In this document: positions 21,679 to 33,802 of the stretch, piece after piece
Numbering within the stretch: the stretch's first letter is position 1
Layout of the letters: the number at the start of each line of letters is the position of its first letter
Assembly: GCF_001194135.2 (NCBI RefSeq)
Contig: NC_068982.1
Location: 57,927,978-57,962,142 of the forward strand
Reading direction: 5' to 3'
Source: Octopus bimaculoides
Taxonomy: Eukaryota
DNA: 34,165 nt
Position numbers and translations under genes: made by a program
Notes under the pieces: model-generated
Told to the model about the DNA's origin: nothing
Database searches by the model: none
Seen by the model: only the letters and a program-made list of their open reading frames with translations

Positions 21679-21783
21679 TGTGTGTGTGTGTGTGTGTGTG
21701 TTTACATGTGTATAGGTATGTATACATATACACAAGCATGTATCTGTGAGCATGTGTTCATATAAGTGGGTAGATGTATGTAT

Positions 21784-21861
<78 letters not shown>

Positions 21862-21990
21862 GCATGTACATTATATATAAAGTGTGTGTGTGTATATATT
21901 TTTATATGATTATATATATATATATATCTACACACACACACACATGTATGTATGTATGTATGTGTGTTTACACACACATATGTATATGTA
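21679..21990. repeat. Compound GT/AT/ATGT microsatellite block
   Basis: Directly visible; it explains several spurious ORFs. Confidence 0.9.
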
Positions 21991-22009
21991 TATATCATTA
22001 TCAATATCA

Positions 22010-22200
22010 CCATTATTACATCCGCTTTTCATGCTAGCATGGGCTCAAACATTTGGACAAGATTCAATAGCTAAGAGAGCCATGTCTTGCTCTAGTGTTT
22101 CAGATCTGACCTGGTTTCTATGGTTGGATGCCCTTCCTAATGCCTTCCACTTTATAGAGTGTATTGGGTGCTTTCTTCATGGTACCAGCACAAATGAGGA
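22010..22200 (-). mobile_element. SINE family G
   Basis: CATCCGCTTTTCATGCTAGCATGGG...GGTTGGATGCCCTTCCTAATGCC; reverse of 20582-20809. Confidence 0.8.
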
Positions 22201-22680
22201 CACCTACGAACTTGCTTTTCTGAGAGGGGGAACAGAAAATAGGGTGGTTGCTTCAAACAAGATGTTGAGAGGTTAAAACATGACCAGAGTGAATGTGAAA
22301 GAATAGGTTTACTCATGTGCAGGAGATTCATAGCTAACTCACATTTTCGCAGATTTTACTTGTATGAGACTTGTGTGAGACTGGGTTGGTGTCCAAAAGT
22401 GAGGTAAATATAATGGTTAGGAAGTGCCAGAACATACACTCATGGCAGCATGTCCAAGAAGGTGAACAGAAGAACCAACAAGGGTGGGTAAGGTTTCAGA
22501 AGAATGGGAAGAAAAGTGAGAGACAGATATAGACATGGGGGAGAAAATGGTTAGATGTATATGGGGTGTGAATGTAATGAATGGTGAACAGGGGTGAGAG
22601 TGATAAATGAGTTGGAAATGATGGTAAGAATGATAAGAATGAGGGATGGATGATTGAGTATAGTACAAAGACTAGGAGTG

Positions 22681-22882
22681 ATGGCTGGCAGTAGAATCAT
22701 TAGCACACTGGGCAAAATGCATAAAGGCATTTTGTCCAACTGTACATCCTGGGTTCAAATTCTGCTGCGATTGAATTTGCCTTTCACCCATTTCAGGGTT
22801 GATAAAATAAGTACCAGTTGAAAACAGGGGATGATTTAATTGACTTAGCCCTCTCCTAAAATTGTACCAAAATTTGAAACCA
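22681..22882 (+). mobile_element. Decayed SINE family D
   Basis: GGGTTCAAATTC B-box and TTTGCCTTTCACCCATTTCAGGGTTGATAAAATAAGTACCAG central domain. Confidence 0.8.
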
Positions 22883-23506
22883 ATATGCTAAGGCATGTAT
22901 TAAAAGCTTCTGCTTTCATTTCTTACAACAGCAGAATAATACAATAAATAAGAGGGTGAAGGTCAAGTAAGTGATAGGGTGATAAGGGGATGGGGTTAAA
23001 GGTTGCAATGTATGCATGTGTGTGTATGTAGTGGAGGGATTCGGTTGTGTGCATAGTGCACATACACATTATATTTTGAGAGCCGTCACTTGATAAAATG
23101 TGACTCAAAGTTTTTCTGAAATCATACAAGAAATGTATTTTACACCTTTTATTGGAAAATTATGATTATACATATATACATACACACACACATACATTTA
23201 TATCATCAATGAATATATTAATGGTTATGGTATGTAACTAAACAGAATGTTACTGTCTGTTTTGTACTGTATATTGCCATTAAACAATATGTGACTCTTT
23301 CCCAAAATATCTGGGGGTCATATAATTTCATAGTTGCAAAGAAGGTCTGAAGAGTTGTTAATATTATCTAGTAGTACTATTGAACATGAAACCTATGGTA
23401 GTATTATGGCCAGTTATATGCTATATAACGCTTGAATGATACAGAAATATATATCAGCACTATTACTTATATTGAGTCTGTTTTTATTTCTGACTTGTGG
23501 ACAACT

Positions 23507-23550
<44 letters not shown>

Positions 23551-23654
23551 GTTCAAAAAAGAAAAACGACAAAAACAACAACAAAAAACAACAATGTGAG
23601 GACGTGATACAGATATTGTGTTACTGAACGCTCAGGAAAGGAAAGAAAGAGAAT

Positions 23655-24155
23655 NNNNNNNNNNNNNNNNNNNNNNNNNNNNNNNNNNNNNNNNNNNNNN
23701 NNNNNNNNNNNNNNNNNNNNNNNNNNNNNNNNNNNNNNNNNNNNNNNNNNNNNNNNNNNNNNNNNNNNNNNNNNNNNNNNNNNNNNNNNNNNNNNNNNNN
23801 NNNNNNNNNNNNNNNNNNNNNNNNNNNNNNNNNNNNNNNNNNNNNNNNNNNNNNNNNNNNNNNNNNNNNNNNNNNNNNNNNNNNNNNNNNNNNNNNNNNN
23901 NNNNNNNNNNNNNNNNNNNNNNNNNNNNNNNNNNNNNNNNNNNNNNNNNNNNNNNNNNNNNNNNNNNNNNNNNNNNNNNNNNNNNNNNNNNNNNNNNNNN
24001 NNNNNNNNNNNNNNNNNNNNNNNNNNNNNNNNNNNNNNNNNNNNNNNNNNNNNNNNNNNNNNNNNNNNNNNNNNNNNNNNNNNNNNNNNNNNNNNNNNNN
24101 NNNNNNNNNNNNNNNNNNNNNNNNNNNNNNNNNNNNNNNNNNNNNNNNNNNNNNN
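23655..24155. other. Assembly gap
   Basis: Run of N. Confidence 1.
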
Positions 24156-24314
24156 ATATATCATTCAATAATAGGATAAAGTCTTTATAAGAATTTATCA
24201 AGTAGTTAGCGTGAAAAAACCTCATAAGGGAAAAAAAACCATCATCAATCCCTATAAATATATTTAATTTAATTTAATGCCCTTATATAAATTATATACA
24301 TATATATATATATA

Positions 24315-24526
24315 ATCATCCTCCTTTAACATCTGTATTCCATGCTGGTATAGGTTGAACAGTTTGACCAGAGCTGGTGGGTCAGAAAGCTGCACCAGGT
24401 TCCAGTCTGATATGGCTTGGTTTCTATGGCTGAATGCCCTTCCTAATGCCAATCACTTTACAGTGTGTGCTGGTTGCTTTTAACGTGGCACCGGCATGTG
24501 TACTTTGTATGTGGCACCAGCACAGG
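24315..24526 (-). mobile_element. SINE family G
   Basis: ATCATC tail, TTCCATGCTGG and GGCTGAATGCCCTTCCTAATGCCAATCAC. Confidence 0.8.
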
Positions 24527-25603
24527 ATTCTTGCAGGTCAATCCTCTTCATAAGGGAGAACAATCTTAACATTTCTGCTGTAGAGAATGAGTTTCCTTTT
24601 GTGTGTGTGTGTGAGTGTGTGTGTGTGTGTGCATGTGTTTGTGTGTGTGCATGCATGTTTGTATGTGCATGTAATTTTAATGCAAAGTTTTAAAAAATCA
24701 CCTATGGTTAGGGCCGGATGCCGTATAGCTCTTACACAGAGCAAACTCTTCTACCATACTATTTCTACACATGGAAAACACTAAGTGCAAACCACCCGAA
24801 TTACTAAAGCCACAATCTATGATGATTTCTTATGATAATCGCACATGTAAATGATTGTGCAAATAGTATCTCAAAAGTTAGGTATCCTATTTAGGATAAG
24901 AAAATACTGACCCTCTATGATGTTCAAGTAAGAAGTAAGGCCCTCATTAAAAGAGAAACACATTGCAACATATAGCTGGGGTACAAGTACCAACAATGAA
25001 AGTATGTGAAAGGAAGAATTCTGAGGAAATGGTTAAATTAGATTTTAGAAATCATTGATGCCATTTTAAGAACATTGAGAAATCTCTTATCCAGTTTTAA
25101 GAAAACTGTATGAGTTGAGGGTGATTTAGCTGCAATTTCTAGCAGCTGAACCACAAATTAAAGGCTCCTTAACAGGCTCAAAATAAGTAGTGTTGAATTT
25201 ATATGATGTATGTGATTTAATAGAAATGTCTAACTTAATTTGATGTAGATGTTAAACAAGGATTGTTATCTACATGTTCTGATTTAGTTAAAAACTCTTT
25301 TGCATGTGTATGTGTGTGCATGTGAGTGAATGTGTGCACGTGTATGAATGAGTGTGTGTGTTTGTAAGAGAGTGAGTATATGCGGGATCACTTTTACCCA
25401 CACAAATACTTACAGATATTATGGTCTCTTGAAGTTCTAAAACTAACATAGATTGACATCGTAAAAAACCAAAACTAAAGTATTGAATTTCCTGTTTTGT
25501 AGCAAAGTAAAAACAAAAATAAAAAATAAAAACAAAAGAAAACAAATGAAACAAAACAAGGAATATTTGTAATACAGATAAATGTAAAACTAAAGGTTTT
25601 TAC

Positions 25604-25692
25604 CGTCTTTCAGCCAAAAGGGAATTTCTAACAGCATGGAATGACTTCAGTTCTTTTTCTAGTTTCTCTGTTTTGGCTTGGTTAGCACTCCT
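25604..25692 (-). CDS. Internal coding exon (89 nt, phase 0 to 2) of an unidentified coiled-coil-like protein
   Basis: Acceptor ttttgttttttgccaacAG, donor GTaaaa. The only open frame gives RSANQAKTEKLEKELKSFHAVRNSLLAER(R), phase-compatible with exon 30533-30612. Confidence 0.75.
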
Positions 25693-26135
25693 CTGTTGGC
25701 AAAAAACAAAACAAAATAAACACACCACCAATAACAACAACAAGAACATAAAAAGCAACATTAGTAACACTAATAAATATCAAAACAAAGCGATCCTCAT
25801 CACTGACAGTTTAATGTCTCTCTTTTTTTCTCCTCCATGTTTACGTTGCTTGGACAAATCTCAGACATATTACTGCTATTCCTCCCAATCACTGACTTCT
25901 TTGAAGATCAATTTCCATTGCTTTGGACAAATGTCAAAAATTCTCTTTTCTCTATTTACCAATGTCTGAATGACCATCTAAAGTGTCATAACCAGATTTG
26001 TGTGGTTATAGTGTCACATAATGAGCTAGGTTTTAATATAACTAAATGAGGGTTTATTTATTTGTTGGACTGATGTATATGATGCATTTTCTGAAGAATA
26101 GCCTCATTGATTACATGTTTCCAATAAGTCTCTCT

Positions 26136-26331
26136 CTTACTCTTTACTCTTTTACTTGTTTCAGTCATTTGACTGCAGCCATGCTGGAGCACCGCCTTTA
26201 GTCGCGCAAATCGACCCCAGGACTTAATCTTTGTAAGCCTAGTACTTATTCTATCGGTCTCTTTTGCCGAACCGCTAAGTTACGGGGGATGTAAACACAC
26301 CAGCATCGGTTGTCAAGCGATGTTGGAGGGA
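26136..26331 (-). mobile_element. Young 5'-truncated SINE family B (3' half with AAAGAGT-type tail)
   Basis: TTACTCTTTACTCTTTTACTTGTTTCAGTCATTTGACTGCAGCC...; CpG-rich. Confidence 0.85.
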
Positions 26332-26369
26332 GTTCACTACATTTATAAAAGTGAAAATGGTGTATCGGT

Positions 26370-26688
26370 GGGACTTGTGGTTGCTATGATGAGGGCTCCT
26401 GTTGAGCTGATCAACAGAACAACCTGCTCATGAAATTAACATGCAAGTGGCTGGGCACTCTACAAACACACAAATCCTTCATATAGTTCTCATGGAGATT
26501 CAGTATGATACAATGTGACAAGACCGGCCCTTTGAAATACAGGTACAACTCATTTTTGCCAGCTGAGTGGACTGGAGCAATGTGAAATAAAGTGTCTTGC
26601 TCAAGGACACAATACACCACAGGGAATCAAACACATGACCTTATGATTATGAGCCAAATATCTCTAGCCACTAAGCCATGTATCTTCA
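26370..26688 (-). mobile_element. tRNA-derived SINE with CORE/V-like segment
   Basis: Minus strand TGGCTTAGTGGCTAG A-box, GTTTGATTCC B-box and TTGTGTCCTTGAGCAAGACACTTTATTTCAC. Confidence 0.8.
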
Positions 26689-27060
26689 CACACAAACACA
26701 AAGACATATAGCATGAGCTTCTTACTGCCAACTGCATTCACTCAGGCATTGTGTTAATTTAGGATGTGCTTACACACACACACACACACATAAGACAAGC
26801 ACCTGGACAGTTGCTGCATATTACATTCACTCAGATGACATATGAGGCATTGGTGTTATTTTATGAAGATGTGTTTATACACACACTTACAAACATATAT
26901 ATTTCATGATTTCATTTAAGCATAGTAGTATTAATAACCAGTTATTAGAACTCAGTATAATTATGCTTTAGAGTAAAGCATTAGAAGAGTACACAGTATA
27001 ATATCAATTGAAGAATGACAAAAGAACAGAATTTTGGTAATCCCCTACATCAGCTTAACT

Positions 27061-27570
27061 TAGGGGTGGAGAAACTTTTTAGTGCGGTGGGCAAAAATTT
27101 ACAAAAAAAAAAAAAAAAAAGGTCCATGGGCAGATCACAAGTTCTAACTCTTATATCTGTGTAGATCTTGTAGATATCTATCTTTGTATAATTCGATATA
27201 TATTAATAAAGATAAGTTTAACACATTAAATTAACGCGTAACACCTTCATTAATGCAGCCACTAAATTTTGGATGTTTACATTACTTATGAGGTGTTCTG
27301 TATTTCTCAGCTAGAGTGTAGTTGGGTTTCAAGGGGGTGGAACAATCCTAGCAATATGTGTTTTATAGTGAAAACAAAATTTCCATTCAAATGGCAATTA
27401 CCGGACGAATTTCTGTTCGAGTCTAACTGTTTTAAGCTGTACTGGAAATGCAACCTATGTCGCAAATAGGTATATGAGTATTGTGTAAATTTTATAACTG
27501 AAAAATTTTACCGTATTTTGTACATAAAAGCATATCAGCCTGTGGGTGAAATAAAATGGGCTTGCATTTA
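27061..27570 (+). mobile_element. Possible hAT/Charlie-like MITE remnant
   Basis: Starts TAGGGGTGGAGAAACTTTTT, like a CAGGGGTG hAT terminus; the right terminus was not found. Confidence 0.35.
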
Positions 27571-27685
27571 GATTACTTTATCAAATGTAATGCTTATATA
27601 TTTGCATTGTTTTGAATTAATCCTGTGTTCTCTTATAGCATCAGGATTCCGGTGATGTGATTATATATCTAAGGATAGCTGTGAT

Positions 27686-27766
27686 AAGCCAAATCTAGCC
27701 AGTTTGAACATAAAACAGTTAGAATATTTGGGCTGGATATGGAAGATTTAAATGCTAAAGGATTAA
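27686..27766 (-). mobile_element. piggyBac-like MITE, terminal fragment
   Basis: AATCTAGCCAGTTTGAACATAAAACAGTTAGAATATTTGGGCTGGAT...AAATGCTAAAGGATTAA matches one end of the 3261/4266 family. Confidence 0.8.
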
Positions 27767-28040
27767 AACTGTCATTTTTGCTATAAGAAACTGAGCACTC
27801 AGAACTAAGTGCTTCCCAAATGAACATACACTTCATTTTAATGGCTCCAAGAAAACTATAAGATGTTATACAAGCAATCAGCTCTGACTGCACTGTTCCT
27901 TATAGCAGAAACAGCTGTAAACTAATGGAGGTAATTATGTAACTCCTGTTCTTTTGTCATTCATTCCTTGATGTGTGTGTGTGAGTATTGTGTGTGTGTG
28001 TGTGTGTGTGTCTATATGTGCATGTGAGTATGTGTGTGAT

Positions 28041-28244
28041 TCATCATCATCATTTAGCAACCATTTTCCATGCTGACATGGGTAAGACAGTCTGACTGGA
28101 GCTGATAAGCTGTACCAGGCTCCAGTTTGATTCGGCTTGGTTTCTTTGGTTGGCTGCCCTTCCTAATGCCCATCACTCCATAGAGTGCAGTGGGTGTTTT
28201 TTGTGTGTCACCGGCACAGGTGCCTTTTATGTGTTACCAGCACG
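28041..28244 (-). mobile_element. SINE family G
   Basis: (CAT)n tail, TTTTCCATGCTGACATGGG and GCCCTTCCTAATGCCCATCAC. Confidence 0.8.
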
Positions 28245-28889
28245 TGTGTGTGTGTAGAAAACCATGGTCATCACTTCCAAGCAGTATAACTGAATGGTAA
28301 GTACCATGCTTTTGTTAACTGTATTTAGGTGCCCATGTAGTTGCAGGCAGAAACGACACTCTCTCAGCCTCCTACCTATGATCCAACTGAACACAGGGGA
28401 TTTGACAACTATATCATGTGTGTGTGTGTGTGTGTGAAAACAACAAAAGCAAGACAAGAAAAAGAAACACGTAAAAGGATACATGGCACAAGAATGTTTT
28501 AGTTTGAAAAGATTCATAAAAAGAAACGTGAAAAATTTATATTCCTGGGGTATAAATATTTTAATTTATTACATGGTTATTTGTCAAAATAGTTTCTCTT
28601 TCAACATTTAAAATGGTATAAGCTGATCTCATATATCACAAGATCAAGTTTCAGATACGTTTATCATTTCCATTTACATCTCTAACATGATAATGCAAAT
28701 TTGACTTGCTTCTTTTTTAATTTTATATATATTTTAAAAACTACACCCACTGCCAGTATTTCTGAACTATGCTACAAAGAATGGCCAAAAGCAGTGGCTC
28801 TCAAATTCAGGGAACTGAAACCTATATTTTATAGATAAGTCCAACTATCTTAAGTTTGAAAAGACATTAAATGAAGTTTTGGAGAGAGA

Positions 28890-29070
28890 TGCAATCACGT
28901 GGTTCTGAGTTCAGTTCCACTGCATGGCACCTTGGGAAGATGTCTTCCACTATAACCCCCAGGCAGACCCATGCCTTGTGAGTGAATTTGGTAGGTGAAA
29001 ACTGTGTCGAAGCCTGTTGAATATGTGTGTGTGTGTGTGTGTATGTTTAAGTATGTCAATGTGTTTGTGC
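28890..29070 (+). mobile_element. SINE family B 5' part
   Basis: GAGTTCAGTTCCACTGCATGGCACCTTGGGAAGATGTCTTCC...GCCTTGTGAGTGAATTTGGTAG. Confidence 0.8.
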
Positions 29071-29130
29071 TTGACCCCCCTGGCATGGCTACGTTTGTGC
29101 ATATCTTTTTTTTTAAAAAAAGGCAACCTT

Positions 29131-29329
29131 GTTGGCAAAAACATTAGCACACCTGACGAAATGCTTAGTGACATTTCATCCATCTCAGATTTCACTGAGG
29201 TCAACATTACCTTTCATCCTTTCAGAATCAATAAATTAAGTACCACTCAAGCATTGGGGTCAATGAAATTAACTAGCCTCATCCCTAAAATTTTAGGCTT
29301 TGTGCCTATTGCAGAAAGGATTAAGATAG
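29131..29329 (+). mobile_element. SINE family D
   Basis: CCTTTCATCCTTTCAGAATCAATAAATTAAGTACC central domain and tail GGCTTTGTGCCTATTGCAGAAAGGATTA. Confidence 0.8.
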
Positions 29330-29541
29330 TGTTTAGAACATAAACTAATGTAAAATTATCACTTTAAAACAAAAAAAATTACATCATAGAACAAGAGACA
29401 AGATGGTGCCAAAAGTATTATGGTACCCATGTTTGTAATTATTTAAATACCTGAAATAATTCTCAATGAGACTACGTAGTTTTCCTGATTATTAACCCTT
29501 TCTTTAAATTGTATTCTTACAATATTTACATCTATGTTATG

Positions 29542-29708
29542 TAGGGCCGGCCCTAGGGTTACTGGCGCCCCAGGCAAGCTGAACTTTGGTGTGTACAAGC
29601 TGACAGTCATGAAATTTCCTCATCTTTGTCAAACTCCCCCTTGGTACCTCCTAGCACTTGGGCACCCCGGGCAAATGCCCAAGTTGCTGGTAACTTGAGA
29701 CGGCCCTG
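29542..29708. mobile_element. hAT-superfamily MITE (167 bp) with perfect 8-bp TSD
   Basis: Termini TAGGGCCG... and ...CGGCCCTG; ATGTTATG at both 29534-29541 and 29709-29716. Confidence 0.88.
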
Positions 29709-29861
29709 ATGTTATGCTTTGATCAGACTGATTATGAGAAAACTTGTAAATAACAATGTTATTGTTCTTTAGAAATAAATGCTCTCAGTTCAAATCAAGA
29801 CAGGGACTACATACATCCATAACCAAGAATCGTGACCAGTGATCAAATTTAATGAAACACT

Positions 29862-30152
29862 GCTGGTGGCATGTAAAAAGCATTTAGTTCACAATGTAAA
29901 ATGGTTGGTGTTTGGAAGGCCATCCAGCTGTAAAAACCATGCCAAAATAGACCCCGTTGGTGCTGGTGCCACATAAAAGGCACTCAGTCCACTCTGTATG
30001 GTGGTTGGTGTTAAGAAGGGCATCCAACCATAAAAAACCTTGCCAAAACAGACAGTGAAGCCTGGTGCAGTCTTCTGTTTAGCCAGTTCCTGTCAAAGAG
30101 TCCAACCCATGTCAGCATAAAAAACAGACATTAAATGATAATGAGGATAATG
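29862..30152 (+). mobile_element. SINE family G with internal tandem duplication
   Basis: The GGTTGGTGTT..GAAGG(G/C)CATCCA..C..TAAAAA block occurs twice; decayed GAT tail. Confidence 0.75.
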
Positions 30153-30532
30153 TAGATGTAAAAAAGCTGTAAAAATATACAATATATACTCTAAAGATGA
30201 GAGTAATAGCTTGGAAAATTGTAATCATATCATTTCTGAGCTACATGCCTTCTATAGATATAAAATGATAAATACTATAGAATTACAAAGTTGAATGGAC
30301 TTATTCTATATGAGATACCATAAGTAAGTATTTTGTTTACCATATATTTAACTTGATAAACTAAGACATCTGTACACGAACGCATATATCTGGTAGCTCT
30401 GTGAGTGAGTATGTGAATGAAAGCATGTATATGTGTGTAAGGGTATGTGTGCATGTATGTGTGTGTAAGGGTATATGTGTAAGGGTAATATACAAAAGAA
30501 TGCTTCAAGAGACTTTAAAATTTCCCAGTTAC

Positions 30533-30612
30533 CTCACTCCTTAAAAGTTTCAATTCTGCTTCCATCTCTGTCTTCTGACCATCATCTTTCAACCGAAGAA
30601 GGTGTTCATAGT
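30533..30612 (-). CDS. Internal coding exon (80 nt, phase 1 to 0) of an unidentified coiled-coil-like protein
   Basis: Acceptor ttttttattctccttacAG, donor GAG|GTaact. The only open frame gives (x)YEHLLRLKDDGQKTEMEAELKLLRSE. Confidence 0.78.
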
Positions 30613-30913
30613 CTGTAAGGAGAATAAAAAAGTCATCAAGTTCTCCTCACAAATCACCTTTGTTTACTGTCCAGTCTAGAAACTTCTGCTCTTGTTTACT
30701 GTACTCATCTCATTTTTTTCACTTGTATGCTTTTAATGTCTGCTCCTTTTTAGACCAATAACTTTTTATTGCTGATGCTGCCAAATTGAAGACTATTATC
30801 ATAGGTGTTGAAATTCCAGAGGTATTTGGTTTATAACTGATGAGGGGATTGAGCCTGTCTGTGTCTATTTTGTGTGTGTTTTCCTGTTATTCTACGCATC
30901 TCCTTGTGCTGAG

Positions 30914-30916
<3 letters not shown>

Positions 30917-30953
<37 letters not shown>

Positions 30954-31180
30954 AACACACATATACATATATACACACACACATATATATATACATATAT
31001 ACACAAACACCCACATATACATACACACACACACACACATATATATATACATATATATATATATACACATACATATACATACATACATTTACACATACAT
31101 ACATGCATGCATGCATGCATACATACATACATATATATATATATGTATACATACATACACATATATATATATATATATAA
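30917..31180. repeat. AT/AC/ATAC microsatellite block
   Basis: Directly visible in the sequence. Confidence 0.95.
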
Positions 31181-31467
31181 CCAAATGAATAATAACATAT
31201 GATGAATAATTGTCAGCTCATTAAAGCTGTTTCTTACGCATCTTTTTAATAAAAGAATGAGAACATTACCTCCATTATCAAAAACTGCAAATACTCATAG
31301 GGTTGGTTTTCTTTGTGTACACAACCAGAATATCCTATTTGATACTCACAAACCATAGGCTGAAACCACGGGTTTATTCAACCCTACCAGGTGCATATCT
31401 TTTCAAGTACCTGATTCTACCTGAATCCTTATTTTACTGCATGCATACATACATACATACATACATA

Positions 31468-31970
31468 CATGATGATGGCCGTCCACTCGTGACTGAGGAA
31501 GACCATTGCCGACCTTCAGGAACATTGTGCGCTCTAGGACTAACTTATATTTTGCATTTGCAGCTCCGTTGGTGGCTAATGAGCCCTGCACTTGACAAGC
31601 ATACACGACTGCAAACATTGCAGATTAAGCTTTCCCCATTCACTATAAGAGCCGTGCGCTTTCGCGCAGCTCGCTTAAGTTCTTCATGCTGGATACGTGC
31701 TATCTCAAAAGTGTTGATCCCCTCCTTAACCTGCTTCCTCCATCTGTGGCGATGACAGGCATTGTTCTCCCAGTCAGTGTCCTGCATATCACAGAACTTT
31801 AATGAGGACTTGACACAGTCCTTAAATCGCAGACTTGGTTTCTGTTGGAGTCTCTTTCCATTCACAAGTTCTCCATAGAGTATCTGCTTAGGAATCCTGC
31901 TATCCTTCATTCTAAGGTGTCCAGTCCAACGTAGCCGTTGCTTGCGCACCATCACCTCAATAGTCAAGAT
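31468..31970 (-). mobile_element. 5'-truncated RTE (BovB-like) LINE 3' end with (CAT)n tail
   Basis: ORF 31545-31988 encodes QRLRWTGHLRMKDSRIPKQILYGELVNGKR...RFKDCVKSSLK...WENNACHRHRWR...CNVCSRVCLSSAGLISHQRSC, the RTE C-terminus with a C2H2-like finger. Confidence 0.92.
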
Positions 31971-32232
31971 ATGTATGTATACACACACGTGACTGATCTA
32001 GTTTCAGAAAATTTGCGATTTCTTATTTAACACTTCTACTGTCACAGCAGTAGGATGGAGGAGGGAGGGCAACAAATTCCATGGTTCCTTCCTTGACCTC
32101 TTCTTCACCATTAGACAAAAAAAAAAGCAAAACAAAACTTTTAACATAAAACACATACAAATGTATAACAAAACAAAAGGCATACACATTGATGTATAGT
32201 TATTTTTGTCATGTGTACATGCATCCTTGACT

Positions 32233-32283
<51 letters not shown>

Positions 32284-32396
32284 CAAACACACACGAGAGA
32301 GAGAGAACAGGGTGCAAGAGAGAGAGAGGGAGAGAGAGAGAACAGGAAGCAAGAAAGAGAGAGAACAGAGAGCAAGTGAGAGAGAGAGAGAGATAG

Positions 32397-32736
32397 NNNN
32401 NNNNNNNNNNNNNNNNNNNNNNNNNNNNNNNNNNNNNNNNNNNNNNNNNNNNNNNNNNNNNNNNNNNNNNNNNNNNNNNNNNNNNNNNNNNNNNNNNNNN
32501 NNNNNNNNNNNNNNNNNNNNNNNNNNNNNNNNNNNNNNNNNNNNNNNNNNNNNNNNNNNNNNNNNNNNNNNNNNNNNNNNNNNNNNNNNNNNNNNNNNNN
32601 NNNNNNNNNNNNNNNNNNNNNNNNNNNNNNNNNNNNNNNNNNNNNNNNNNNNNNNNNNNNNNNNNNNNNNNNNNNNNNNNNNNNNNNNNNNNNNNNNNNN
32701 NNNNNNNNNNNNNNNNNNNNNNNNNNNNNNNNNNNN
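32397..32736. other. Assembly gap
   Basis: Run of N between (GA)n and (AT)n microsatellites. Confidence 1.
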
Positions 32737-32775
<39 letters not shown>

Positions 32776-33136
32776 TATATATGGTGTATATGTATGGTGT
32801 GTGTGTATGTGTAGCAGTCTATGAATGACTGTGAGATTGCTTATGAACTTATGTTTATTTCTCCAGTAGAAGATGAGTTAAAGAGAAAGAGGTCTAGAAA
32901 CAGTTGAGATTTTTAAATAAAATGTCATAGTACAAAACAAACAAGATACCTTACTGCTTAAACACATTAGATACCATAATCATTATCATCAACACTGGTG
33001 GGTAGGTGTACTGTAGCATATATACCTGCATACATATACAATCCACAGATACGTACACATAATGATATATACACAAATATATACATATGCACATACCTGT
33101 CCTCTCTCTCTCTATATATATATATATATAATATAC

Positions 33137-33310
33137 CATCATCAACATCATCATTATTTAAAAGTCCACTTTTCCATGCTTGTATGGATCAGATGGAATT
33201 TGTTGAGACAAATTTTTGTATAGCCAAATGTCCTTCCAGTCATCAACCGTCACCTGTTTCCAAACAGGGTAGTATTTCCCCTTGGCCAGATATGTTTTTC
33301 ATTTCACTTC
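33137..33310 (-). mobile_element. SINE with family G-like 3' end
   Basis: CATCAT tail, GTCCACTTTTCCATGCTTG and CACCTGTTTCCAAACAGGGTAGTATTTCCCC match the 19711-20384 element in reverse. Confidence 0.7.
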
Positions 33311-33802
33311 TAAGACAATAACATTCATTTACAACCTTCACATTATGTCAACACAACAGTACACACAAACAAACAGACACATACACACATAACACAGATT
33401 CTTGCACACAAGCATGCACACACACACACACACATATATATAGTTCAAATTTACAGAAAACAAAAGATGCAGACAGGTGAAGGAACAACAAGCAGGTGTA
33501 TTAGTTTAACGCTCGGGAATAATGGAATAACTGTCTTTGACAGTTCATGCCTATGCTCTTTGACAGAAAGAAATGAGAGGAAAAAATGGAGAGAGAAAGA
33601 ACGTGTAGGGATTAATGGTTCAAGATGAAGTGTGTGTATGAGTGTGTGTCTACACAGACATGCAGGAAGTAAACAGACACCTTTAATTTTCAAAATTTCT
33701 GATCTAAATGTCTTAATAGGTTTTCAGTGGTGTAGAATTTACAATGTAATTATTCTTTTTCATTCCAGGTGCCATTATATTAAACACTCGTGAAGAGTAA
33801 CC

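Noticed and set aside
30658-30710. Possible extra exon (DEYSKQEQKFLDWTVNK) upstream of exon 30612
   Set aside because: It would need a 45-nt intron, has an in-frame stop directly upstream, and has no acceptor tract.
1128-33321. Most ORF-track entries (YI/CV/HT-rich or X-filled ORFs)
   Set aside because: They are translations of GT/AT/ATGT microsatellites, SINEs or N gaps. Only the RTE ORF at 31545-31988 has recognisable protein motifs.
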